This document shows positions 51,044 through 63,481 of a stretch of DNA of 64,000 bases, piece by piece. Source of the stretch: Octopus bimaculoides (Eukaryota). Within the stretch, counting starts at the first letter, position 1; every line of letters starts with the position of its first letter. The DNA lies in contig NC_068982.1 in NCBI RefSeq assembly GCF_001194135.2, forward strand, positions 49,761,148 through 49,825,147, written 5' to 3'. The position numbers and the translations under genes are program-made. The notes below the pieces were generated by a model. That model searched no databases, was not told where the DNA came from, and was given only the letters and a program-made list of their open reading frames with translations.

Positions 51044-51275
51044 ACAACAATAATAATAAACCTTTGTACAATAAGTAAGAAGCCTGAAATTTGTGGGGAA
51101 GGGATAAGTCGATTACGTTAAACCCTGTGCTCAAATGGTACTTATTTTATCAATCCCAAAAGGATGAAAGGCAAAGTGGACTTCAGTAGAATTTGAACTC
51201 AGAATGTAAGGATGGATAAAGTGCTGCTAAGTACTTTGCTCAGTGTGCTAATGATTCTGCCAGTGCACTGCCTTA
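50050..51275 (-). mobile_element. Array of four same-orientation SINE copies separated by (TAA)n tracts
   Basis: The family of 20685-21420, here reversed, at ~50050-50270, ~50567-50780, ~50790-51003 and ~51060-51275, plus a fragment at ~51720-51790. Confidence 0.8.
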
Positions 51276-51296
51276 TGATGATGATAATAATACTAA

Positions 51297-51395
51297 TTTC
51301 CTGTAGTAATTGGTGCATTAGGAACTGTGAGTAATGATATAGACAAATGGTTGAAGGAGATTGGAACATAATGTCCTGTAGAGCTTCCCACATAG
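51297..51395 (+). mobile_element. C-terminal fragment of a restriction-like-endonuclease (R4/Dong-like) non-LTR element
   Basis: FPVVIGALGTVSNDIDKWLKEIGT*CPVEL. Confidence 0.6.
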
Positions 51396-52504
51396 GGTGC
51401 TGGTTCCGGGTTCAGTCCCACTGATTGGCACCTTCGGCAAGTGTCTTCTAGTATAGTCTCAGGCTGACCTAAGTCTTCTGAGTCGATTTGGTAGATGGAA
51501 ACTGAAAAAAGCCTATTGTATATTTTATATGTGTGTGTGTGTGTGTGTGTCTTCATGTCTGTGGTTGTTGTCTTCCACCACCACCACTTGACAACCAGTG
51601 ATGGTGTGTTTACGTTCCAGTAACTTAGTGGTTCAGCAATAGACTCTCACAGAATAAGTGCCAGGCTTTAAAAAAATATATACTGGGATCAGTTCATTCG
51701 ATTAAAAATTCTTCAACTGCACTCTCAAGATTGAAATGAGTGAAGGATAAAAAGCAAGCATTTTGTGTTGTGTGCTAATGATTCTGTCAAGAAGAATGCA
51801 ATATGATAAATAATAAATAGAGATTGAGTCTGTTTATTGAAATGAATAATATTTTGACAGGACATGTCTTCTTCAAAATGAAATATGAAAAATACACACA
51901 AATACAGAAATTTAAAAGTTGAAGTAGAATATTCTATATTGCTTTCCAGACAAAATGACGTTATCAGGTTTTGCTTCTTCATAACCAGTAAGAAGGAAAA
52001 AGAAGAAAAAAGGGAAATGGAGAAGGAAGGAAAAAAAAAAAAAAAAGCAAATAGGATAAAGAAAACTCCATCAAAAGTTTTGTGTAAATGTGAAAGAATT
52101 CTTCTGTCATTTTGTTCATTCCTCCAGGAGATGATGCTAGTAAGTCACAAATATATTTCACCTTTTTGAGGACTGAAAGTGCAGCAGAGTCAGAATATTT
52201 CCTGAGAATACATTTTCAAGAGTTCCTCAAATTTATAGCAATTTGATGTAAAATGTTAGGCAAGTTTTGTCGAAGTACTGTCATTGTACTTGACTTCATA
52301 CCTATGTCCACTGAATCTTTTATTTCATTTTTCTGTTGTGCAAACTATTATAAATTGAGTTGCATTTGTTGTACTCAGCTGCATACACCAAAATGGTAAT
52401 AGCTACAGTTCCAATTTTTTGTATAAATTTTAACATTTCTGTAATGAGGTGAAACAAATCTACCAATGTGAGGTAAATCAATCAAAAACAGAGAACATTA
52501 AATT

Positions 52505-53115
52505 TGATCCAAGTGCTTCTCAAGCATGATATGCCGTGCTTGAGAAGACTCATCAAGCCAAGCGAAACCATGATCGTAGCTGACGCCAGTGACATGTAAC
52601 AGGCACCCATGCTGGTGGCACATAGAAAGCACCTTTCGAACATTAGGCATCATGCAGGTGATAAGTGATTGAGAACTTTGGCGAGAAGCCATGTCTGGAA
52701 AGACTCATCAAGCCAAGGGAAATCATAGTTATGGCTGATGTCAGTGTCACATAACAGTCACCTGTATTGGTGGCACATAAAAAGCACCTTTCGAACATTG
52801 GGCCTAATGGAGGTGATAAGTGACTGAGACCTTTGGCAATATGCCATGCTTGAGAATGCTTATCAAGCCAAGGGAAATCATAGTTGCAGCCAACGCCAGT
52901 GTCATGTAACTAGCACCAATGTTAGTGGGACATAAAAAGCACCCATTACACTCTTGGAGTGATTGGTATTAGGAAGAGCATCCAGCCATAGAAACCATGC
53001 CAAATTAGACTGGAACCTGGTGCAGCTCCCCAGCTAACAACTTTCAGTCAAACCGTCTAACCCATGCTCGCATGGAAAGCAGGAGCTAAATGATGACAGC
53101 GATGGTGATGATGAT
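52505..53115 (+). mobile_element. RTE-LINE 3' end with a triplicated ~160-bp ORF2-end/3' UTR unit
   Basis: atcaagccaag at ~52552, ~52709 and ~52862; aaagcacc after each unit; ctttcgaacatt(a/g)ggc twice; then the standard tail and (gat)n. Confidence 0.75.
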
Positions 53116-54801
53116 GATGATATAATGAAATCAGAGAATTAAAACAAAACCACTCACACATACTTAAGCGTAGAGAAAATGGTAAGATATAGTGTACGCA
53201 AATGAAGGAGGAAATTAAAAAAGTGTGCTGCTGGAGAATCAGAGTTATATTAAAAGCTAAACTCATTGCAAGAAATAAGATAATAGAACACTAGAAATAA
53301 AACAATGTATACATATACAAGGTATATCAGTTAAAAATTACAGCTTTTAAAGCTATACTTTAAATGCAACTTTAAAATGAGTAACTTAAAGAACTTGGAC
53401 AAAAGACAAAATAGGAAACTACTACAGCTTTCGGAAGCTACCACCTTAAAAACCAATAGAGACAGGAAGACAAGAGTACACATGGTGGTATATCAGAAGA
53501 TCACATGAAATTGGTGATGATGATGATGGCAATAGTTACAGAAGTGCTGAAAATAGTTACAGACAGTAAGGAGCTGTATGCTTCTGGTGACAGAATTCCC
53601 AGACTTGTTTTGATTCATTACTAGGGTCATTTTCTTTACTGGTATTGTTAATACATTTGGAAAAGGTAGAAGTATTCCAATTTGAATTTTCCCTCCCCTG
53701 AAATTCTCAGGCTTTATGCCAACATAACTATTATTAAAACAACATTATTTTGGCAAGTAATCCACAAACATCTTTAATATTTCTCAATATATATTTATGC
53801 ACTATAATAGCGAGAACAATATTTATGACTAAGGCCAGCCAGCAGGACATTTTGTTCTATTGTTGTTACTCATGTTATTTCATATATTATGTACTGGAAC
53901 AATCTACAAGCTGGTTAACAGTTTTAACTAATGTATTGTAAGTTGAGGTTTCCTTTGTGTATTTGGTTCCATAGATTTGCACATGATGTATGCTTGTTTG
54001 AAGCAAAACTGGTTAAATTTAGCTCTCAAACAAATAACATTAAAATATATAAATAAATTGAAAATATATGATAAGAAATGCTAAGTCATAATGTGAAAAT
54101 TCAGCATTTTATATTAATAAATAGATTAATGTTTAGCAGCAGAAATCTGTATGATTCACATGTGGTCGCCTTACCCTTTCTCTTTTAACCTCTCTTACTT
54201 TCACAATACATATGTACTCACAAAAGCATGATTACGGAAATAATTTTTATAAGTTTATTTGGCATGGTTTTACTACTACACATGCTTAAGATTGATCAAT
54301 GTTGTGTATTTTAAGTCTGATAGATAGAAACTGTGTGGAAATCTGTATTTCTATCAATTTATCTACCTATCTATCTATAGATAAATACACTGATATATAT
54401 ACATACAAACATACATATATATTTTAAGTTTCTCTCTCCTTCATTAGGGTGTTATTTATATACATATCTGAGGAGGTGCCTCTCCAGTGTCTAAAACTGC
54501 AAATATTACGTGATTTTTCTTAATTTTCACGTAAACTGGCATTGCAAATGGAAATGGCATGGAAACATTTGTAACTTATAATTAAAGATGTGTTAATGAA
54601 TTGTCTTTGTCTTCTTTTGACTGTGTATGTATATGCGTGTGTGTGTGTGTGTGTCTGTGTCTGTGTGTATGTATGTGTGTGTGTGCATATATGTATATGT
54701 GTGAGTGTGTGTGTGTATATATANNNNNNNNNNNNNNNNNNNNNNNNNNNNNNNNNNNNNNNNNNNNNNNNNNNNNNNNNNNNNNNNNNNNNNNNNNNNN
54801 N

Positions 54802-54858
<57 letters not shown>

Positions 54859-54859
54859 T

Positions 54860-55010
54860 TCAGATGAATATTCCTCGCACTTTCCCTTACTTTGTTGCCT
54901 CTATTGAACTCATAAAGCAAAATATGGCAAATATGCTCCTTTGTCACTTCAATTATAGTTTTGAAAAACTAACTGTTAAAATCGAACTGCACTCTTCAAA
55001 ACTTGCACTA
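54860..55010 (-). mobile_element. Mariner N-terminal fragment
   Basis: TKEHICHILLYEFNRGNKVRESARNIH (HTH start of mariner transposases), truncated by (GA)n/(TA)n. Confidence 0.65.
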
Positions 55011-58000
55011 TGAATAAGTACTTGACATACAGGTGATGGTGTGTTAAACATCAAATGTTGAAGTGATTGCAGAACGACATGAAATTAAGCCTTTTGCTCA
55101 GTCCAGGAACTGAAACCACAATCTTGCAATCATGAGTATAACACTCTAACCACTAGTTCATGTACCTTCTACATACTAAGATACCAAGTATATTATCATA
55201 TACCAGTATATTCGGAAAAGTCATGGAATGCTTTGGCATGCATTGGTAACGTAATTGAAATGGTTAACAACACCAGGGGCTAAAATTGATTAAAACTAGG
55301 TGCAATCAATTATTAAGTGTTAAGTTAATCTGGGTCAACATAACACTGTTATTTTCAGCACTTCTGAATATATAATGTGGATGAAACCTTAAATGATTAT
55401 ATGGTGTAATTAGCCTAATGACTACTGTGTTGGATGGCATTATCTCTAATGTTGTGACTATTGTTGTTTAACTCCTGGCCTGCCCTTAAAAAGCAGGCAT
55501 ATGATCGGGCTGAGACTATCCAGTCATTTTATCTTCAAACATGGCTGTGGTTAAGAAATTTGTTTTGCAACCGCATGCTGTTCAGTTCAGTCCCAGTGTA
55601 CCACCTTGGTCAAGTGTCTTCTGCTATAACTCTGGACCGACCAATATCTTGTGAGTGAATCTGGTAGGTGTGACTGTGAGGTTAAGAAGTTTATTTCCAA
55701 ATAACGTGATTTCAGGTTCAGTTCCATTGCAATACACTTTGGTTAAGTGTCTTCCCCTATGACTCTGGGGCAACCAAAGCCTTGTGTGTATATATGTTTG
55801 TGTCTCTTTGTCTTGCCATGGCATGTTTGTTGTAGATAAATGTCAATAATTTCCAACGTACTGAAAAAACATGCCCAGTTATGATGAAATATTGCCTTGC
55901 TTGGAAACAAGTAAAGGTTAACAACAGGAAGGACACCCAGCTGTAGAAAATCTGCTTCAATAAATGCCATCTGATTCTTGCAAGCATGAAAAAGTGGGCA
56001 TTCAAACAATGACAACAACAACGACGATGATGATGATAATGACGACGGCGACGAAGACAACAACAACAACGATTGTTACGATGAGTCAAATTGAACTTCT
56101 TAAAACTGTCAAACTTGAAACCTGACCATTATCTCACTATGGTAATATGTGAGATAACAGAAAAAAATTACCCCTAACGGGAGCCCAAATCTAGGCATAA
56201 TGCTGTCAACTTATTCCACTTATATATCGATGTCTTATTAAAGTTAGAACTAATCTTAGAATAGGAAATAACACAACTAATCATGCTTCCAAACAAAGCT
56301 TTTGTTTTATAAAGCAATGTATAAAAAATCTAAAATCAAAAATTCAAAATGTGGAGGACCATAGTTGTTAGAATTCTGGGCTTCTGAGGTTCAACTTGTA
56401 ATTATAATGCAATAAGGATGAAAGACAGTGTTGAATACAATATTCGAACACAGAGGCATGGAATACCAAACTAGATATCATTAGACGTCTATAAAAGTTC
56501 TCCTGCTCTATTGCATTCATCTTCCCCATACAGGAAATGCAAAATTTGGAAAAGAAATAACTATCTTGATAACCAAATAGTAGAAAAGAGATTAAAGGCA
56601 TCTCTTCATTTTAAAGAAATATAGATATTACAGTTATAACAATAGGGTATCAGACCACGGAAGTAAATCTGTGGAGTTGAAAGGAAGATGCACATATACA
56701 TTCTTTAGATTACAAATTTCAACACCTGACATCAGTCAATAATAGATGACTTCTGACTTCTTTTGGAAATAATGTAGAAAATAGTGGAACTACATTTCAT
56801 TCATCATATATTAATAGAGTCAGAAGATAGCTTAAATGTATGCTATATTTATGCAGCATTTTTGTCTACTTAAATACTGATAACAGCTCTCAGTCTTCTG
56901 GCTAAGATTTCACAGTGTCTGATAGGAATTGGAAATAAATAACAAAAATAATATTGCAAATCTTCTATTATTTATTCAAATCAATTTCCTAAACAAATTT
57001 TGTAAGTAATGATAGTCTTCTAACTACATTGTGTGTATGTCTTGGGTTAGGGATTAACATAAATTACCAGTTTCTCGCTGATATCAGTTACACTACATTA
57101 CCATATAGTTTTCCAGACTCTTGTTTGAATAAGAAATTGGTACTCAGTTTTGCTGTTTTAAGAGATCAAACTTCAGCTTATGAGTCATGAGCCAAACACA
57201 GCTCTCAAACCTTTTGGCTCCCAAGATCATATTGGGCTTCAGTACTATTTTTTTTTTTTTTAAACAGATTGAACATTTTGATACCAACCTACATGAAACT
57301 GCCCCTGGGTGTATGTTACATAATTTTTTTGTTTTAAATTGATCTAAATTAAAACCTTCCATCAAAATTTCATGTTCATTTACGTTTGAAACATCAGATT
57401 ATTAAAAACAAAGTTAACTTACTAAATTCTTCATTATTATCAAAATTAATTGAAATAAAGACAGTGTGTATCAACAGGAATAAGGTAACAAAAGAGTTAA
57501 AATCCTAGTCACCAGATTTTAACTATTAACAAGAAATTGAAGACTTAACAAAAGCCCTCAACAAGCAGAGATGGATTAATCTAATTTAATGACTAAAACA
57601 ATATCATGGTGTATCTTTTTTACTTGTAAATATCATTTTAAAAATATATGTTGCAGCGCTTGAATGTGAAATAAAAAGTATATGTGGGGTTTCTTATCAA
57701 ATAATTTGGCCACCTTTGCTATATTTTATGGCAATATCCCTTTGTAGTTAGCTTAAATGTACCTGTCCACATACAGGGGTGTGGCAATATTAAGTGTACC
57801 AGATACATAACTGAAGTAAAGGTTTATGACTTTGTGCATTTTCTAATAGCAGTCACAGTATTTATTTCTAATTTTACCAAAAGCACAATGCATAAGACTT
57901 CAAAGAACAGCTTGTGGGTGATTTATCTAAAACCCAGCACTTAATGTGGGAAAATCTATAACATAAAACACATAAGTCAGATTCCAAATATAGAATATAA

Positions 58001-59827
58001 GATATTCTTATGTTAGTGTATTATTTCAAAAATTTTTTTTTAAATATTGCTTTATGAACTTATTATATATAATATTCAGTTTGAAGGATATCTCCATAAA
58101 GAAGCTTAATTCCTCTCCTTCAATAAACAACACAGATATAATAACATTAAATAACAATATTTAAAAAATATATATACCTAGATAATATCTGTTCAATGTG
58201 ATGCAAAGAAATATGCTGACAGCAAATATTAAATCTTTTGTTTTTGTATATATGAACATAATATAATGTTAGCTTAAAACACAAATATCGATTGTTTACA
58301 AAAAAAACAAAGAGTAAGAAGATATCTAGCATTCCCACCTCCAAAAACTGTAGGGGGAACTGATCCCTAGAAACAATATAGATAATTCTTAATGTAAGTG
58401 TATTTTAACATGACATTTTAATACTTTCAGCTTGATCAGTAGAGAAAGATCAATAAAACATCATTTAAAATTTCAAAACAAGTCCCAAATAACTCTTCAA
58501 ATATGAAGCATGTTCTTTTGGAATAATTTTTTTCCCCACTTTCTACTTCAGTAGTCCCAGTTATTTACACTATCTCTCGAATTTCTAACTACAGATAGAT
58601 GATGGGAAACCAAGGGAGTTTTTATGATAAATACAGTAATTCATTTTTTTTTTTTTTAAACAAAATATGACAGACTTGTTTTGATAAAAAGTCTCAGAGG
58701 AAAAATTGGAAAATAACAAAATGAAATAAGAGAGATTAAACTGATGGTTGTTGGTTGTGCTTGTAAGAAAAATTATCTCCCATGGTGATTTTTTTTAATT
58801 ATATAACATTTATGAATATACAAAAGGATGGATCTGGTGAACAAACAGGAAAAAAAAAATTACAAAAATGAAAAATATAATACAAGTAAGAATAAAAGGG
58901 CTTTTTTTTCTTTTTGGTCTAGAAATACAAAGACTTCATGTAAATATAAATAAATCCCATTTAGCACCATATGTCAAAAAATGAATTTTGGATGAATCTC
59001 GATGGGATTAAAAATGCTTATCAATTTGATTATATTATTTGGTTCTATTCCATCTAAATTGAAAGCTTAAGATACATATATTCATAAATGCAAGAATATG
59101 CATATACCCATGCAAAAATATGCATATATATAAGCTTATGTGCAGTGTACGTGAATAACAGAATGTGTTGAAGTAAAACATGACTGAATATTGTATAAAA
59201 GAGCCACATCTGCATGTATCTAAAAGTACTCAATGTGCAACTGTTCACTCAGATGTTGGGGAGAGATATGACTCTGAGAAAGTATTCTAATAATTTATTA
59301 AAAGATATACAACTCTTTTCTTACCTTATTTCTTTTGAAATATACTACCTATGTTTCAATTAATTTTTAAAATGATGAAGAATTTAGTAGAATAATTGTC
59401 ACTATTAACCTGGTGTTTGGAACATAAATTAACATGGAATTTTTATTGATTGAATGCTCTAATTTTGATCACTTTAAGACAAAGTTTTTAGTATAGAACC
59501 AGGAACAGCCTCAGGGTGATTAACTTTAACGAGCCCCATAGCAAAGCTCTCACTTTGGCATTTTCTAGTTCAAGACAATAAGATTGACTACATTCCCCAC
59601 GATTGTAATTTCAAAATTTTCTAATAAGAGCAAATATTACATCTGCTGGTGTGTGCAAAGTAATATCGAATGAAATAAACCATAGGATGCATGTGTTTCG
59701 GTATTGTTACACTTCATCAGCTGCGAATACTGAATCAGTCTTTTACAGCCCTGCAAGAACAGCTGTTCTTATAAATAGAAATGTATTTATTACAGAGTTT
59801 TAACAGACTGAATCAACATTCATGGCT

Positions 59828-60243
59828 ATGGAGCATAACAATGCAGATATGCAGGCAACTGGCAATCAGAGGACAACATTAATGACTCAATGATGTTTTT
59901 TTCCGCATATATTGTGTATGAGGAGAATTTTCTTCTGAGACAATATCTGCAGTGAGAGATCTTCCTACATCTGAATATCAACAAATGCATTAAATATTGT
60001 TAGAGAGAGAGAGAGAGAGAGAGAGTGTGTGTGTGTGTGTGTGTGTGTGTACGAATGTGTGTGTGTGTGTGTGTGTGATTTCATTAAACATGTTTGCCTA
60101 AGTTCAAATGTGGGAAGATCTCTTGTTGTGAAAATAGTATTGGGACAAAATTCTCAGACACAGTATATGTGAAAATGTACCAGTGGGCTGTTAATGCCAT
60201 TGGATTGAAAAATGCATGTATATCTGTATCATTACTCTTCATT
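59828..60243. repeat. Diverged inverted repeat (arms ~59828-59975 / 60103-60243) around a (GA)n(GT)n loop
   Basis: Left gagatcttcctacatctgaa, gcatatattgtgt and gcagatatgcaggca match the reverse complement of the right arm (gagatcttcccacatttgaa, acatatactgtgt, acagatatacatgca). Confidence 0.65.
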
Positions 60244-60261
60244 TGCAACAAATACTGAATC

Positions 60262-60416
60262 AATCTTTCGTCACATATTTGTGACGCTGTCAGTGACATT
60301 TTTTGTTTTCGCGTGTGTTCTTGTGCCACTTACTCCATTCTGTTTAATGGAGTAAGTGGAGCAAGAACACACAAGAAAATGTCACTGAAGAGGTCACAGA
60401 TGTGTGACGAAAGATT
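60262..60416. repeat. Fold-back palindrome with ~70-78-nt arms and a 6-nt loop
   Basis: ccacttactccatt-ctgttt-aatggagtaagtgg is a perfect 14-bp core. Pairing continues through caagaacaca, aaaatgtcactg and gtcaca..tgtgacgaaagatt. Confidence 0.9.
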
Positions 60417-62018
60417 TCCGGACAATGGACATGAGTTAAAATAATAAAATAAAAACTAATAAACGAGTGAAGAAAAATATACAGTGCATGTGTTTGTTGG
60501 GCAAAAAAAAAAAAAAAGACCATCTCAAAATACAACAATGTCTGTTTCAACATACGATTTCACATGAAGAATCTTGCAATACAAATTGATACACACACAC
60601 ACACACACACACATACACATATATTTATAGTTCTTAATGGTATTGTATTCATTGGTTCTTAATTCCAGATGCACAAAATGCTACTTACCCATGAGAATAG
60701 AATAACTTTGTATTGTTGATAAGCTTCATCTTAATACTAATTGAGGTGGTCTATAATCAAAGGTGTTTTAACACAATCAGTCTTTGCATAAGATTTTTGG
60801 GGAATTTTTTAGCAGTGAATCTGGGATGCTGTTCCTATTTTTCAAACATTAGGGTAAGAGTTGAAGGAGGTTTGGCAGCTATTTCTAATGCCTAGCGCAA
60901 CCATATTATGATCTCTCATTGATGTGGAATTACCTTGGCTACGGCCAGTTGTGAAAAGGATAATATTTAGTTTCCAAATTAAAAAGACAATGCCTATTTT
61001 GTTGCACACATACACAAACACACACAGAGCTAAACCTTCATCACATAATCTTTAAATGATGCATTTCTATGAAAGAGTGTAATAATGATGTTAAATATTG
61101 TTCAGTTCTACAATTGCCTCTAGATTTTAACTTTGTTCTTATCTCTAAGAACATTTTATTTTGTAAATATTCATTACTTTGTTTCTTTTCCTGTTTTTTT
61201 TTTCTTTCGTTGTTTATTGTTTTTAGTTTTATCTCGATTTATTTTATTTTATTTATTTATACATTTATTTATTTCCAAAATGGAATACTTATCTCTCTTT
61301 TACACAGTAATACTGATTGGAAATATATTTAAATATTTTTCTTTTCTTTTCTTATTTTTTTTTTTCAAAATAAAGAACAAATCATAAACAAACAGTTTAT
61401 CAATAAAAAAGAAAAAGACAAATTTACAAACAAAATGCAAAAAAAAAAGAAAAAAGAAAGAAAGGAAATTAAATTAAAAACATGAATCTCATTAGAGGTT
61501 TGCGTCTAAACATTACAGTACGTTCACAGTCTTTCAGTTCAAATCAAGTCACTAAAAATGTAATCTTTTCTTTTATTCCTTTATTAAACTTTCTACCAAT
61601 ATGAATATTTCTTTTTCTCTTTAAAACATTTTGTTGCAGTGAAGAATGTAAATGATTTTATTTAGTGCCATTATGTTTCGTATCATCATTCAATTTCTAA
61701 AACCGTGCATGTGTGTGTATGCTTCCATGTATGTCTGTTTGCGACTCGCATTATTTTTGGAAAAAGGAACAAAATAAAAAAACCAATGTGTTCACTCATC
61801 CTTAGACCATAATGTACAGTTCAGTAAATATGTTTTTTTTTTTCTACTTTTACCCCAATTCTGTCTACATACAAATCGTTAAACGATCAAAATTTTACTG
61901 ATGAGGTAATTTATTTTCTTTAGAGCATTATTAAATGATTTTGCTTTTTATTTTCAATTTATTTATCAAAGTTTACTTCAAACTATTTTCAATTATAGTA
62001 AAGAATATATTCTATATA

Positions 62019-62063
<45 letters not shown>

Positions 62064-63229
62064 ATGTGTGTGTGTGTGTGTGTGTAGAACAAAAACAAAA
62101 CAATCAGATGAAATGGCACCTATTTGGAAAACTCCTTTCCTTATCCCCCTGCCCATCTACGCCTACCATCCAGAGTTGAAGTGGGAATAAAAAAACAATT
62201 AAAATAAACAAGTAATTTAAATAAGGAAATTATTGATGATGTGCCAAATAGTATAAGACAAGGTTAACAGGGAGAAAATAATTTGCTAAATGATTTGAAA
62301 GAAATGAAAAAAAAAGAAAAAGAAAAAAGATCAATAAAATAATAGGAAGAATATTAAGGCAATGAAACAGAAAAAAAAAATACAGAAAAACAAACAGAAA
62401 GCAAAAAGTACAAAAAAACCCAAAAATATCACGAGTAAATATTCCGATATAATCATCACAAATGCAAACGATGTTTCGATTAATGTGAAAGAAGTTAAAA
62501 TAATAATGAGAAGAAATAGCAAAAGTCAGAAAGGCTTCTGAAATTATCAAGTTCTGATTATTGTGAATATATCCTCCTCTTCTTCCTCCTCCTCCTCTTC
62601 ATCATTATCATTTGGAACATCCACTTTTCCCTTCTTACACAGGTCAGACAGAATTTATTGAGGCAGATTTTGTACAGCCAGATAACCTTCCCGTTGCCAT
62701 CAGCCCTCGATTGTTTGCAAGCATGGTGATGGTGGTATTTCCCCTAAGTCCAGACATGTCTTCGCAGAACACTGGAAATGGATGACGTTGCTTGTATGAC
62801 AGCAATACTCATTTACAACTATCATGCAATAACAAGACAAGGACATAAACAAACACACACATGCAGTTCCAGGAAGTAAAGATCTTGATAATAAAGAAAG
62901 CAAGACATTACATCTCGTTCAAGAGAGAGGATGAGTGGTGCAACAAGAACAAGCACTGAAGATTTGTAGAATCATCTGGCTCAGAGCTGCAACATCTGAT
63001 GCAACAAAGTTTGGTTGCCTACATCAGATGGGCCTGGGCAGCTCTGGTATCATAGGAAAGAAGGTGAAACACTTACAGAGTTGCTTCACTGCCTGATATG
63101 ACACTGGCTCCCACATCTTGCTTATTCAGGAACAGCACATAAATTAAAGCTTTTGGGAGGGGACAAAAAAGCACTTTAGCTGTGAACAATTGTTGATTCT
63201 CTTCAAGACATACCACTATTTAATCCTTG

Positions 63230-63481
63230 TTATCCCTTTCGTATTCAGATTACTCTGCCAAATATAATGCTTTCTTACATTGTTTTGAATTATTCACACA
63301 ATATCTTCAAGTTTCAACATTTTGATGATGCAATGGCTTAGTATTTAGAATGACACTGTAGGGTAGGTGAGAGGTGTGAGTGTATGAGGGGTAGGTATGA
63401 GAGGCAGATTCTGGCCAGTTTGAACAAAGGCAGTAAATTACTTCGACTAGATATGGCCAGTTTAAATGCTAAAGGGTTATA
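63230..63481. mobile_element. piggyBac-like MITE (TTAA family), followed by a second TTAA-flanked element at ~63510-63706
   Basis: ttat-CCCTTTCGTATTCAG...AATGCTAAAGGG-ttat. The next element reads ttaa-CTCTTTTGGTATC...GGTATCAAAAGGG-ttaa. Confidence 0.65.

Noticed and set aside
52110-52340. Minus-strand frames with candidate splice sites (KNEIKDSVDIG|gtatga) and a transposase-like peptide
   Set aside because: No recognisable KATNIP or transposase motif, and stops interrupt the frames.
54460-54505. CTGAGGA...AAAAC-TGCA-AAT, resembling a hammerhead with a palindromic loop
   Set aside because: GAAA is mutated, there is no GUH triplet and stem II is unconvincing. At best it is a dead relic.
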